Shown here piece by piece: positions 1 to 9,176 of a stretch of 44,752 bases of DNA. This DNA is from a virus (Duplodnaviria; Caudoviricetes). The DNA is taken from positions 1 through 44,752 of the IMG/VR virus record IMGVR_UViG_3300048575_000161. One strand, 5' to 3'. A program made the translations under genes and the position numbers. Under the pieces are notes generated by a model. The model saw only the letters and a program-made list of their open reading frames with translations. It searched no databases and was not told the origin of the DNA. Within the stretch, counting starts at the first letter, position 1; every line of letters begins with the position of its first letter.

Positions 1-127
1 CCCGCCGGGATGGGTGTTATTCTTCCCAAATCAGGCCATGCACTTGCAGCGTGGCCGCGGTGACATCAGGCGTGGTGTTGTCCATGTAGCGCACCAGCAA
101 CCGTTGGCCGCGTTTGCACATGATCGG
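1..127. repeat. Terminal overlap, left copy (identical to 44626-44752); circular assembly signature
   Basis: Bases 1-127 (cccgccgggatggg...tgatcgg) match 44626-44752 exactly; 127 is a common assembler k-mer size and the repeat lies across the 3' end of a gene. Confidence 0.95.
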
Positions 128-973
128 AGGCAGGTCGGTTAGATCCAGTGTAGCCGCGGTGCCTGTGGCGGCGCCTACCTGACTCCACACTTTGATTTCC
201 GTGGCGCCCGCGCCGGCACCATCCACCAGCCAGACTTCCACGTCGGGGGCGCCCGTCGTGAAGGTGGCGACGGCTTTCACATAATTGAGCTGAGCGCGCC
301 AATACGAAGCGCCTGAAGTGGCGGGATGGGCGCGTCGATTCAGCAGGTTTTTGGTCGCCAGTTGTTCCGTGATGGTGTACTCGGGGCCGATGTCGGCCGC
401 GATGTAATCCACGTCGGCCGTGTTGTAGGTGACGGCCAGCCCTTCGGGGCTATAGATGCTTTTGCCATCCAGGTTGTAGGTCGCGCTCTTGCCGGTGGTA
501 CCGCTGGTTTCGGCCAATGTGGACAGCACATTGTCAGTTGATTGGCTGGGCAGCAGATCGACCAGCACACAGCGCCAGTTCGTGCTGGCATTGATCACGT
601 CGGCCACTTCGCCGAAGGTGTCTTCCTCCGCGGCGGGGGTAGACAGATCAATCGTGCCGTCGGTGGAGATTCCGGTGTCGGCCGTGGTGCCGTCGGTGGT
701 AAAGGCCAGATCGCCGCCGGCGGAGACTGCGACGGTGGGGCCGCTGGCGCCGGGCAAAGCCGTGCCGATGTAGACCAAACGAAACGCAATCGCCTTATCG
801 GTGGCGATGTAACGCGTGGCGGAAATGCCCAGCTCGCGATTGAGCTGAATGGTTGACAGATCGGCGGCCTTGGCCTGGCTGGACGCCAGCAGGCAAATGA
901 GCGAAATAAGCGCGGCCACCACAAGCCAAAGCTGAGGGAGGCGCGGAGCGTGGGAAATTCGGTTCATCGTCAT
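17..973 (-). CDS. Putative virion-associated protein downstream of the major capsid gene, with an N-terminal signal peptide
   Basis: 318-aa Thr/Ala/Gly-rich ORF; hydrophobic LWLVVAALISLICLLA followed by AKA-AD; GAAGGA RBS; directly follows the capsid gene. Confidence 0.7.
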   Translation of the reverse strand: MTMNRISHAPRLPQLWLVVAALISLICLLASSQAKAADLSTIQLNRELGISATRYIATDKAIAFRLVYIGTALPGASGPTVAVSAGGDLAFTTDGTTADTGISTDGTIDLSTPAAEEDTFGEVADVINASTNWRCVLVDLLPSQSTDNVLSTLAETSGTTGKSATYNLDGKSIYSPEGLAVTYNTADVDYIAADIGPEYTITEQLATKNLLNRRAHPATSGASYWRAQLNYVKAVATFTTGAPDVEVWLVDGAGAGATEIKVWSQVGAATGTAATLDLTDLPPIMCKRGQRLLVRYMDNTTPDVTAATLQVHGLIWEE

Positions 974-1017
974 GTCCTTCCGGATTCATTGCAGGAGGGT
1001 GAAGGTGAGAGGAATGC

Positions 1018-1052
1018 GGGCTGGGCAGCGGGTTGGATTAACTGCCCAGCCC
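1018..1052. other. Intergenic hairpin between the capsid gene and the next gene
   Basis: GGGCTGGGCAG...CTGCCCAGCCC 11-bp inverted repeat without a clear U-tract; possible mRNA stabiliser or attenuator. Confidence 0.45.
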
Positions 1053-1086
1053 TATCGCCGGGGGAAACGGGGGGAAATCCCGGCGA

Positions 1087-2280
1087 TTAACTGGTGATGT
1101 TCTTGATCAGCGCATGGGCGCCCGGGATGTTCACTTCGAGCGAATGCACGCCGGTGAGCTGATGCCGCCGGGTATGATCGCCGTCTTTTTCAGGACCGGT
1201 CACGTTGCGGTTCACTTTATCGCCCAAGCTACGCATGATGTGGTGCTTCACGAATTTGCGATCCACGATCATGAGCTGATCCGTGATGCCTTCGGTTTCG
1301 AATTGATCATCACGCAGGACATTGCACTGCCAACCCGGGCCGATGAATTGCGTGATGTCCAAGCCAAATTTCTTGCTCTGCACCACCTGCATCTGGTTGT
1401 ACTGCAACGCCCACATGCTCATGATTTGCAGCACGTAGCGGCTGGATAAGCCGAACTTGACGCCGCTGTTCCCTTCGCGGATCGTCTCCACCATGAACTT
1501 GCAAAATTCCTGGTAGGTGAACGCGCCGCCGGCATCGAATACGTTGTTGCCATAGGTTTCGATGAAGTCGCGCATCCCGCCGCAGATGAAACGCGCATGC
1601 GTGGTGGCGCCGCTCGTGCCGATGGCGGCCATGTCGCGGAAGCCGAACAAAAACTGGCGTTCCATTTTCTTCTTGTATTCATTCACCGCATCCAGCGAAT
1701 CCTGATCCCCCTGGCTGGGGCCGTACATCAAGATCGCTTCGGCGCGGTCGGTGCCGCCGAAAACATGCTCGAACTGCTGGAACCAGTTGTAATCCATCTG
1801 GCTCTTGATCCCGGTGGGCTCCAGCCGCGGGGCACCTTCCTCGCGCGCCGTACCCAGCAGTACCAGCTTGGCGCCGGCGGCCAACGCACGCGGGGCACCG
1901 CCGCCGAACTGGCCGCGAGTACCTACCGTAATGCCGGTTGAGTTCGTTTTGCCGAGCACCAGCAATTGTTCGCCGGTATCAACGTCCTGCAGGATCTGGC
2001 TTTCAGTGATGTGCGTGTTGCTGGCCACGGTCAGCGCGGTGGCGTCGGCTTCCAACGCGGCAGTCAGTTCGACGATGCGGGGGAATTCGCCCTTGTACTG
2101 GAATTCCATCTTGTTCGCGCGACCATCGCTGACTTCAGTCGTATTTTCCAGCAGCGTGAAAAACGGCGTGCCCTCGGGGTACACCTGCACGATGTTGCTA
2201 TTGACCATCCGTTGCTGACGATCCGGTTCAGTGCCCGAACCATAAACGCCATGCACGGGGGCCGTGATTTCATTAGGCAT
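1087..2280 (-). CDS. Major capsid protein, SU10/DUF5309-like (HK97 fold)
   Basis: 397 aa; motifs TPFFTLL, GTAREEGA..YNWFQQFEHVF, MERQFLFG, GGMRDFI resemble DUF5309/SU10 capsids; follows a scaffold-like gene. Confidence 0.8.
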   Translation of the reverse strand: MPNEITAPVHGVYGSGTEPDRQQRMVNSNIVQVYPEGTPFFTLLENTTEVSDGRANKMEFQYKGEFPRIVELTAALEADATALTVASNTHITESQILQDVDTGEQLLVLGKTNSTGITVGTRGQFGGGAPRALAAGAKLVLLGTAREEGAPRLEPTGIKSQMDYNWFQQFEHVFGGTDRAEAILMYGPSQGDQDSLDAVNEYKKKMERQFLFGFRDMAAIGTSGATTHARFICGGMRDFIETYGNNVFDAGGAFTYQEFCKFMVETIREGNSGVKFGLSSRYVLQIMSMWALQYNQMQVVQSKKFGLDITQFIGPGWQCNVLRDDQFETEGITDQLMIVDRKFVKHHIMRSLGDKVNRNVTGPEKDGDHTRRHQLTGVHSLEVNIPGAHALIKNITS

Positions 2281-2324
2281 GATTGATTAACTCCTGGGGC
2301 CGCAAGGCCCCCGTTCAAAGTCGG

Positions 2325-3476
2325 TTAAAGGTCGTCAATCCCGCCGCGTTGCGGCTGATGCACCACGTTGCCGCTTGGTTGCAGCATGAACGGATTGCCA
2401 CGGCCGGCGGGCAATCCAGCGCCGCCGGCAGCAGGAGCCGCACTATGCGGAGCCGGGGGCCGGGAGACAGCCTTGCGGGGCGGAGTGTTCGCCGGCGTGC
2501 CGGGCACAGGAGCCGGAACCGTCGGCGTAGCGGGATTGAGTTGGGGTTTCTTGGCGGCAGCAGCCGGAGCTGCGGCGCCGGCAAGCGCCATTTTCAGGGC
2601 CGCCTGCAGCATGATTTCACGATTGGGAGCGACGCCTTGCGCTTCGGCCAGGCTCCGCGTCTCGCGGGCCACGGCCGCCGCATCCAGGCCTTCCGCAGGC
2701 ACACCCATGGTGTCGGACAACTCCACCAGCGCTTTGCCTACCTCGCGTTCGAAGTACTGAGGGGCTACGGTCTCGGACAGCGCCGCCATCACAGGGGCCA
2801 GTCGCTCTTCCACCAGCCGGGCCGCGATCCGCTCGGCCGCCTGATTGGCGCGCCGCTCGATCAGGCCCAGCATCGATTCGGTGAAGCCTTTGCCGTCGTT
2901 GTCCATCAGGGTGTCATAGACGTGCTTATCAAACCGCGCGCAGGCCGCGCGCATTTCGGGCGTCGGCTCGTCGCCGGCGGATTCCGTCGTGGGCGTCTCT
3001 TTCGGCGTGGCCGTGGCCGTGGCTGGAACGGGTTCCTGCTGGCCCTGCTTCAGCTTGGAAAGCTCCTGGCTCTTGCGCGTGAATTCGCCCTGCAGCGCCT
3101 TGTAATCACGCTCAATCTTGGCCAGTCGGCCTTCAACGCTATCATCGGGCGCATCGCCCGCCGGGTCATCGTCCGCATTGCCGTCATCCTCTGCGGCAGC
3201 TTCATCATCCGGCGCTTCCTCGCCCGCGCTGGCCGCTGGGGGCTCGCTGGCTTGGACTGGCGCCGTTTGTGGGGGCTGCTCGCGTCCGCGCGTCGTCGGC
3301 TGCTGAGTCCCCAGCCCGTCAAGCTCCAGGTCCCCGAGGGGGTTGTCTGGCGTGATGGGCTGAATGGGCTGAATGGGTTGTTCAGTGCCGAAGATGCTGG
3401 ATAAAACATCTGGTTGGCTCGGGGCCGTTACCGCGTCCGCGGGGGCCGTTGCCGGGGATTCAATCGGATCAGGCAT
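2325..3476 (-). CDS. Putative capsid scaffolding protein
   Basis: Acidic, Pro/Ala-rich, with coiled coil ERDYKALQGEFTRKSQELSKLK typical of scaffolds; immediately upstream of the capsid gene; start 3476 preferred (GGGAG RBS), track start 3512. Confidence 0.7.
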   Translation of the reverse strand: MPDPIESPATAPADAVTAPSQPDVLSSIFGTEQPIQPIQPITPDNPLGDLELDGLGTQQPTTRGREQPPQTAPVQASEPPAASAGEEAPDDEAAAEDDGNADDDPAGDAPDDSVEGRLAKIERDYKALQGEFTRKSQELSKLKQGQQEPVPATATATPKETPTTESAGDEPTPEMRAACARFDKHVYDTLMDNDGKGFTESMLGLIERRANQAAERIAARLVEERLAPVMAALSETVAPQYFEREVGKALVELSDTMGVPAEGLDAAAVARETRSLAEAQGVAPNREIMLQAALKMALAGAAAPAAAAKKPQLNPATPTVPAPVPGTPANTPPRKAVSRPPAPHSAAPAAGGAGLPAGRGNPFMLQPSGNVVHQPQRGGIDDL

Positions 3477-3520
3477 ATGCGTCTCACGCTCCCAGTGATT
3501 TGCCTGCATCATGGAAGCAA

Positions 3521-3640
3521 GGTGCGCATGGATCGCCTAAAAACAGCTATGTGCCTAAAAAAACAGTGCATCTTTCGCACGCATCGCAGCACTTGCACAC
3601 TGCGCACCAGGGCCATAGCGTGGAATAAGATTATAGTGTG
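3521..3640. promoter_or_regulatory. Divergent control region between the structural operon and the HTH gene
   Basis: TATAAT on the minus strand at 3630-3635 overlaps TATAGT on the plus strand at 3632-3637; direct repeats GCCTAAAAA(AA)CAG at 3535-3546 and 3553-3566; inverted pair GGTGCGCA (3521-3528) / TGCGCACC (3601-3608). Confidence 0.45.
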
Positions 3641-3654
3641 AAAGGAACACGCCC

Positions 3655-3957
3655 ATGCCACCCCTCTCGCTCGCGCTCCCCGTCGTCACCACGCCGCCGC
3701 CGCCCGACACTTCCTCTTTTTCCGGCCAGTTGCTCAACGTCACCCAGGTGGCCCGCCGGATCGGCGTCAGTCGTTCGCTGGTCTACAACATGATTCGCCA
3801 GGGGCGTCTGATCGCCTTTCGCATTTCTCCGCGCTCCGTGCGCATTCCCGAAAGCGAAATCCAGCGCCTGTTGAATGACGCCGCCGTGGTACAACACCGG
3901 CTCATGGCCGCCAAGTGGAACACGGCCCCGGCGACTCAAGCACAAAGTGCAACTTAA
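3655..3957 (+). CDS. Excisionase-family (HTH_17/MerR-like) DNA-binding protein
   Basis: LLNVTQVARRIGVSRSLVYNMIRQGRLIAFRISPRSVRIPESEI is a typical Xis-like winged HTH; AAAGGA RBS. Confidence 0.85.
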   Translation: MPPLSLALPVVTTPPPPDTSSFSGQLLNVTQVARRIGVSRSLVYNMIRQGRLIAFRISPRSVRIPESEIQRLLNDAAVVQHRLMAAKWNTAPATQAQSAT

Positions 3958-4021
3958 TGCCTTGCGTTCAGTCGGTCATTTTGACGCTTTCACCCTTTCA
4001 CCCAAAGGGTGAATTCAATAG

Positions 4022-4063
4022 AAACGCCCCGGTGCCATGAAGGCAGACCGGGGCGTTTATTTA
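4022..4063. terminator. Probable bidirectional intrinsic terminator
   Basis: AAACGCCCCGGT...ACCGGGGCGTTT 12-bp stem with A/T-rich flanks, between convergent genes. Confidence 0.75.
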
Positions 4064-4092
4064 TAGCCGTGGCCACTCTTGAAGTATCGATT

Positions 4093-4359
4093 CTAGTCCT
4101 TCTTTTGCGAAAACAATTCGAAGGGAATTGAACAGTTCAATGGAAACGAGCCAAGTTCCAAGCCCATGGCGCGCAGCCGGGCGCGAAGTGCATCACGTTG
4201 CTCTAGGCGCTTAATAGCGCATTCCAGCTCTTTCATTTTTTCGAGCAATTCATGAATGGTTGGCGCTGGCGCTGGTGTTGGCGCAGATGCCGAACTGTAG
4301 GTAAAAAGCTCTATATTCCAAGGAAATTCATGTTCTTTGCATCCGCTATTTGCTCCCAT
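4093..4359 (-). CDS. Hypothetical protein
   Basis: 88-aa lower-GC ORF starting 2 nt after the DUF1643 stop. Confidence 0.55.
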   Translation of the reverse strand: MGANSGCKEHEFPWNIELFTYSSASAPTPAPAPTIHELLEKMKELECAIKRLEQRDALRARLRAMGLELGSFPLNCSIPFELFSQKKD

Positions 4360-4361
4360 GA

Positions 4362-4886
4362 CTAGACCTTTCCCTCGTTCCGTGCCGCAATTGCTTTATA
4401 GCTGAATTCGATAAGTGGCTGATCATCTCGTACATAGAGCGGATGTTTGGGGTGCCCATGCTTCGTAATCTGAAAACACCAAAGTTTTTTTTCACGCATC
4501 GCGGACATTTGATGAACGTCATCAACTACACTGGGGAACGGGACATTAGCCCCCCACGCGGCAATCACGAGGTCGCATCTGCATAATGCCTCAGCAATTG
4601 GATTTCCGCTTAGAGGGCCAACCGCCTCGCCAAATGTGAGCTTTGAAAGCTCTTGTGGATCTGTTGCTCGATAGGAAAACAAATTCACAACTTCAAGGCT
4701 GCCGCATCCTTCGCGCCGCGCAAATTTGATGCACTTTTTTATGGTTGGATCGTCCTTGATTGCATCGGCTGTTGACGGATTCAGCATGATAAGCAAGCAC
4801 TTTTTTCCGTCTCCCCATTTTCTGGTGAGCAAGAACCGATACTTGCCGCACGCAGAAATATTAGCTGTTGATTCTATGATTTCCAT
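4362..4886 (-). CDS. DUF1643 family protein
   Basis: Motifs CGKYRFLLTRKW, IMLNPSTADA..DDPTI, VVNLFSYRATDP, IAAWG, TKHGHPKHPLY. Confidence 0.9.
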   Translation of the reverse strand: MEIIESTANISACGKYRFLLTRKWGDGKKCLLIMLNPSTADAIKDDPTIKKCIKFARREGCGSLEVVNLFSYRATDPQELSKLTFGEAVGPLSGNPIAEALCRCDLVIAAWGANVPFPSVVDDVHQMSAMREKKLWCFQITKHGHPKHPLYVRDDQPLIEFSYKAIAARNEGKV

Positions 4887-6655
4887 CGTCCGTCCGTCCC
4901 TTTCTGCAAATTAACGATGTTCCGAACAAGGTAATGCGCCGCGCGCGTGATGTAGCGCAGGCAGTCGAGGCAGTCATCCATCATGTCCACGGTGGTTTCC
5001 GGCTGTGCCATCAGTGGATCGCCGCCGGCGCGCTGATCGTAGCGGGCCGCGTCCATCTCGTCATAGAGCGGCTCACTGCCGGGGGCCAAGTACAGCGCGC
5101 TGTTTTTGGTAAACGATTCCACATGTTCGCGCTCATACCCCTCCGACTGCCAATAGGTGGCCTCTGGCCGCTCGATGGCCAGCGTGGCGTGCAGCATGCC
5201 GGCAATCACGTCCAGGCCCGCCTGGCGGCTGCCTGCGCCCTTGTTCACCGCTTCCAGCGTGGCCATGGGCTGGCGCCCGTCGGGCGTGCTCAGTGCGCGA
5301 TAGATGTCTTCCACGCGCCCGCGCTGGTCGGGCAGGCCTCCCATGGCGTCGATCACATCAAACGTGTACGTCTCCGCGATGTCCCCCTCGCCCCACTGGC
5401 CCGACAAATTCATGATCGCGCGGCCGTTCTCGGGAGCATACCAGCCCGTCTTTTTGTAGACGCGGTAAACGGTCCAGTCGAAATCCTCATCAATTGCCAC
5501 CCACACGCAGGCGCAAAAGTTCGTGGTGCCATGGTCGATGGCCCGCGCAAGCTGCACCGGCCGAATAACCGGGTTGCCCTGCGCGTCGTTGTACCCTTCC
5601 ACGCGCAAGCCCCACTCACCTTTACCCAGCTGCACCACGCTGGCCGCGCCGCGCATCATGTGCGCCTGCCGATCAAGCATTCTGAATACCGGTTGGCCGC
5701 CGCGGCTGGTATAGTCGATCTCCTGCTCCTGCCGCCACTGGTAAAGGCTCATGCCCTGCATGGCCTGCCGTTTCCAATCGATAGAGCGGCGCGCAGGGTC
5801 GGCCGTGTAGTGGATACGGGCACAATCGACCTGATTACGCCCATTGCGCCACATGGTGAGCCCTTGGCTGGTATGGCCCGTTTCACGCGCGCCGGGGGTT
5901 CCGTCCTGCCGATCCTCAATAATCTTCTGGAAGAAGCTGGCCTGTGCCGTCGTGATCATGATGCCCTGCGTGCGGTTGTCGGAGGTGCCCTTAATGGCGG
6001 TAAAGTTGCGCTCGAAATCGCTCTGAAAGGCGGCCTCATCCGCCAGCCAGGCAGAGGGTACCTGCCCACGGAACGCATCGCCGCCGCGCTGGGGCAACGC
6101 CTGAATGATACTCATGTTGGGCAACACAATCCGTTCGGTGTGGAGCACCGTGCGCGACAGCGCCATGGCGCGCGCGTACCAGTTCGGCATCAGCTCGTGC
6201 AGCGTCTTCAGACGATCCACGAGGATTTTTGCGTCGTCTTCGTTTTTGCTCAGCATGGGGCAAGCACCATGCGGCTTCTGCAGGCCGATCCAATACAAGC
6301 GGCAAACGCTCCACCAACTCATCATGAGCTGCCGACTTTTATCAATCGCCAGCAAGGGGCGCCTCCAGGTGCCGTCTGGTTGACGCTCGTCGGCCCAGTC
6401 GGAAAGCACCTGGTAGCACGTAAGTGGCGCAAACGGCTTCACGCGCAGCCGCACGCCCTTCTCGTCGCGGGTCCACGCCAGCAGCGCCAGCCAAACCCAA
6501 AAGCGGCGATGCGCCAGTGTGATCAGCGCGGCCGCCAGATTGTCGTTTCGTTCGGCCTGGGCGTAAAGCGCAACCAGCGCGCGCATACGCACAACCGCGG
6601 CGTCATCATCGTAAATGGCATCATGGGGCTCCAGCAACGCTTGCAGTTCGTTCAT
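4874..6655 (-). CDS. terL: Terminase large subunit
   Basis: Walker A-like KSRQLMMSW, Walker B WLADEAAF, coupling motif ITTA, QEQEIDY, nuclease AIDHG and DDCLDCLRY; follows TerS. Confidence 0.85.
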   Translation of the reverse strand: MNELQALLEPHDAIYDDDAAVVRMRALVALYAQAERNDNLAAALITLAHRRFWVWLALLAWTRDEKGVRLRVKPFAPLTCYQVLSDWADERQPDGTWRRPLLAIDKSRQLMMSWWSVCRLYWIGLQKPHGACPMLSKNEDDAKILVDRLKTLHELMPNWYARAMALSRTVLHTERIVLPNMSIIQALPQRGGDAFRGQVPSAWLADEAAFQSDFERNFTAIKGTSDNRTQGIMITTAQASFFQKIIEDRQDGTPGARETGHTSQGLTMWRNGRNQVDCARIHYTADPARRSIDWKRQAMQGMSLYQWRQEQEIDYTSRGGQPVFRMLDRQAHMMRGAASVVQLGKGEWGLRVEGYNDAQGNPVIRPVQLARAIDHGTTNFCACVWVAIDEDFDWTVYRVYKKTGWYAPENGRAIMNLSGQWGEGDIAETYTFDVIDAMGGLPDQRGRVEDIYRALSTPDGRQPMATLEAVNKGAGSRQAGLDVIAGMLHATLAIERPEATYWQSEGYEREHVESFTKNSALYLAPGSEPLYDEMDAARYDQRAGGDPLMAQPETTVDMMDDCLDCLRYITRAAHYLVRNIVNLQKGTDGRWKS

Positions 6656-7464
6656 GGTTGTGTCGTATTCCCCGGCGTGGCCGCATCATCCGCGCGTGGC
6701 ACGCTCGCCGCTGCCAACATGCCCGCGTTGGCCGCGGCAATCAGTTGTTCGTCACTCATTTTTTCGGCCTGATCCAGATCCACCTTGCGTTCAATCGTGA
6801 TTCTGGTCTGGTCGATGAACATGCCCAAGTGTCTCGCGAGTGAATCAAGCGCGCCCTTCTTGTCGTGCATCACGATGCGCGTTTTGACGCTGATTACCGG
6901 GGAGCTTTTGTCATCCTCGCCGATCTGCTTGCGCTCGATCTGCACGCTCTTGATCGCCGCGCGCGCTCGGGCGCTGATCTGATCGCCAGGCAAAAGGCGC
7001 ATGCCGGTGCCATCCCACTGTGCCACTTCCCCCAAGTCGCTGAAGGCCAGCTTGGCCAGCTCGTCAACCACGCGGTCGGCCGTCACCTTGGTGCGTGTCT
7101 CGCGCTCGGCCATCGCCTGCCGAATCGCCACCGCGACGCCCGGATGCTGCATCAACCGGTTGGCCGCCGAGACGGCGCTCTGGCCGGTCGCGGCATAACC
7201 GGCGCGCGCGTAGGCCGCCACCGGATCGAGATCAATCAGGTATTCGCGCACGAACAGGCGTTGCCTGGGATTCATGCCGGCCATCAAATCATCAGGGTTT
7301 GTTGATGATTGTTGCGGCGGAGTGGAGGACGTTTTTGACCCCTCGCTTGCTGCGACCGTTGCGCTTGCTGCGACCGTTGCAGTGTGCTCTTGGGGCTCCC
7401 TGCGATCCTTGGTTTTCCCTGCTTTTACAGGCATTTTGTTGTCTTTTGCATCTGGTGTGCTCAT
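6652..7464 (-). CDS. terS: Terminase small subunit
   Basis: NPRQRLFVREYLIDL..AYARAGY, TADRVVDELAKLAFSD, HDKKGALDSLARHLGMF. Confidence 0.92.
   Translation of the reverse strand: MSTPDAKDNKMPVKAGKTKDRREPQEHTATVAASATVAASEGSKTSSTPPQQSSTNPDDLMAGMNPRQRLFVREYLIDLDPVAAYARAGYAATGQSAVSAANRLMQHPGVAVAIRQAMAERETRTKVTADRVVDELAKLAFSDLGEVAQWDGTGMRLLPGDQISARARAAIKSVQIERKQIGEDDKSSPVISVKTRIVMHDKKGALDSLARHLGMFIDQTRITIERKVDLDQAEKMSDEQLIAAANAGMLAAASVPRADDAATPGNTTQP
7344..7379. repeat. 18-bp in-frame tandem duplication in the terS N-terminal extension
   Basis: CGCTTGCTGCGACCGTTG twice, encoding ATVAAS-ATVAAS. Confidence 0.85.
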
Positions 7465-7501
7465 TGCTTATCCCTGACTACTTCCCCAGCATCAACATTC
7501 C

Positions 7502-7783
7502 TCAACATTTTTCGTGGCATTCCGCGTCATTTAACAGCGGAACAATTTGCATCATATCGCCGGAACCATCAGGGTCAGCCACCCATCTTTTGAAACTCTC
7601 GAGCGAATCCTCTTCTTTATCCAGCGCCCATTGCATCACGCGGGCCAGCGTCGCGCCGCTCGTATCGCGGCCATTCTCGAAGCGGTGTAGCGTGGGCGGC
7701 GTGAGCCCGATCTGTCGGGCGCCCTCGCGAACAGTGATACCATGCACCAGCCTCCAGCAGTGAACCAAATCAGCGAGCCGCAT
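7502..7783 (-). CDS. XRE-family HTH protein
   Basis: GITVREGARQIGLTPPTLHRFENG helix-turn-helix. Confidence 0.75.
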   Translation of the reverse strand: MRLADLVHCWRLVHGITVREGARQIGLTPPTLHRFENGRDTSGATLARVMQWALDKEEDSLESFKRWVADPDGSGDMMQIVPLLNDAECHEKC

Positions 7784-8961
7784 TATGCCGCCTCCTTCAC
7801 TTCAGGAAATTCATTCCACTCGCGGCCGGCCAGCAGACGGCCGGCTCGCTTTTTTCCAACGCGGATCATTTGAGTTCCAGGAGCGTCTTTCCATGAATAG
7901 GGGCGAATGAGTTTTCCGTTCTGCTTGAGCAATCCGGTTGGTGTGGAATCGATAATAAACGGATTGGTGAAATCCGAGGCGACAACTGGTCGCCACTCTC
8001 CCCATTGCTTGAAGAAAAACTGAACATTAGCAGCCTGGCACTGATCAAGTAACGACAGCGTCCAGTCCGGATGCATCGGGCGCGCGCGCCTTCCCGATTC
8101 TCCCCCAGCAATCACCCAATGAATTAGCGATCTGTCTTGATCAGTGCCGCCCATCCAGCCCTGCAAGGCATCAAACGAAATATCGGGCTGACTGCGATCA
8201 GGGTTATTGGACTTCTGTAGCACAATGCGGCGTAGGTTGATCGGCCCCAACAGTGGTTCGCAGCTCAAAAACCGCACTACGGCCGGGATGCGAAGCAAGT
8301 GAGGAATTCGCCGATTGGCCTGCTCCTGATTCTCAACGCTGGTGCCGAGCCACACATTGCGCGGCGGGATGCCTAGCACAAACCAGTCCGCCAACCAGTT
8401 GCGCAGCGCCAGTAGATGATGCTTGATATTTATTTCCCAGTCGGCATGTCCCTCGATCCACTGCAGCACGCCCTCAATGCGTTTCCCCCATAGCTCGGGC
8501 CGCTTGGTCAACAGCAGCCAATCCAGATGAGGCGTCGCCATGATCAGCGCCAGCAGGTCGGCCAGCCATTCAATCGGCACTGCGTCATCAAGCCAGTCGG
8601 CCAGGCTGGCGCAAAACACGCGCTGCCGCACCCGTCTGCTCTCCGTCTCCGAGAGCGAGAGGCAATCATGGTTGGTGCAATTTTTGTAGGCATATCCATC
8701 CCAGCCACGCGCTTCACGTCCCTTGCAAACGGCGCACTCCATGAATCTTGGAGAGACACGCTCCCACAACAACGGCTTGCGCCAGTTGGCCTTGCTGGTT
8801 CGCACCCTCGGGCTCTGTGGTCCCCAGCCGCATTTTTTCCAGCGGTTCGCCATCTGATCTTCAGCGTAGCAATTCAGGCATCCTTCAGAGACCTTGGTGC
8901 ACCCGATCCATGGGTTAAAGGTGCGGTCACACCATTCTATTTTTGTAATTGCGCCCATCAA
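7783..8961 (-). CDS. DUF5131 (phage Gp37/Gp68) family protein
   Basis: TKIEWCDRTFNPWIGCTKVSEGCLNCYA, VFCASLADW, LLLTKRPE, RFLSCEPLLG, WVIAGGESG, FFFKQWG. Confidence 0.92.
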   Translation of the reverse strand: MMGAITKIEWCDRTFNPWIGCTKVSEGCLNCYAEDQMANRWKKCGWGPQSPRVRTSKANWRKPLLWERVSPRFMECAVCKGREARGWDGYAYKNCTNHDCLSLSETESRRVRQRVFCASLADWLDDAVPIEWLADLLALIMATPHLDWLLLTKRPELWGKRIEGVLQWIEGHADWEINIKHHLLALRNWLADWFVLGIPPRNVWLGTSVENQEQANRRIPHLLRIPAVVRFLSCEPLLGPINLRRIVLQKSNNPDRSQPDISFDALQGWMGGTDQDRSLIHWVIAGGESGRRARPMHPDWTLSLLDQCQAANVQFFFKQWGEWRPVVASDFTNPFIIDSTPTGLLKQNGKLIRPYSWKDAPGTQMIRVGKKRAGRLLAGREWNEFPEVKEAA

Positions 8962-9173
8962 CCATTGCCTTCCATTTCGGGTATTTCCCGTTTCTGGGCA
9001 TAAAGAGTTTGGTAGGCCTCGGCCGCGGAGTGCCCCATCCCGACCAGGCAGCCGATCATGTAGCTGGTTTGGCAGGGCTCAAATCCATCAGACGCACAGG
9101 CCTCGCGCAGCTCGTTTAATTCAAAGCGCAAATGCTTGTGCCAAGCGGCTGCGCCTTCGATTTCAATCACCAT
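8958..9173 (-). CDS. Hypothetical protein
   Basis: 71-aa ORF tightly packed between neighbours. Confidence 0.6.
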   Translation of the reverse strand: MVIEIEGAAAWHKHLRFELNELREACASDGFEPCQTSYMIGCLVGMGHSAAEAYQTLYAQKREIPEMEGNG

Positions 9174-9176
9174 AAT

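Noticed and set aside
3356-3380. GGGCTGAAT tandem repeat in the scaffold gene
   Set aside because: Short in-frame low-complexity repeat (QPIQPIQPI) in a disordered region; no sign of function.
4934-6772. Long plus-strand ORFs (612 aa here; also 25776-27236, 38726-40063, 2283-3404 and others)
   Set aside because: They are antisense shadows of well-supported minus-strand genes in GC-rich DNA, with no recognisable motifs.
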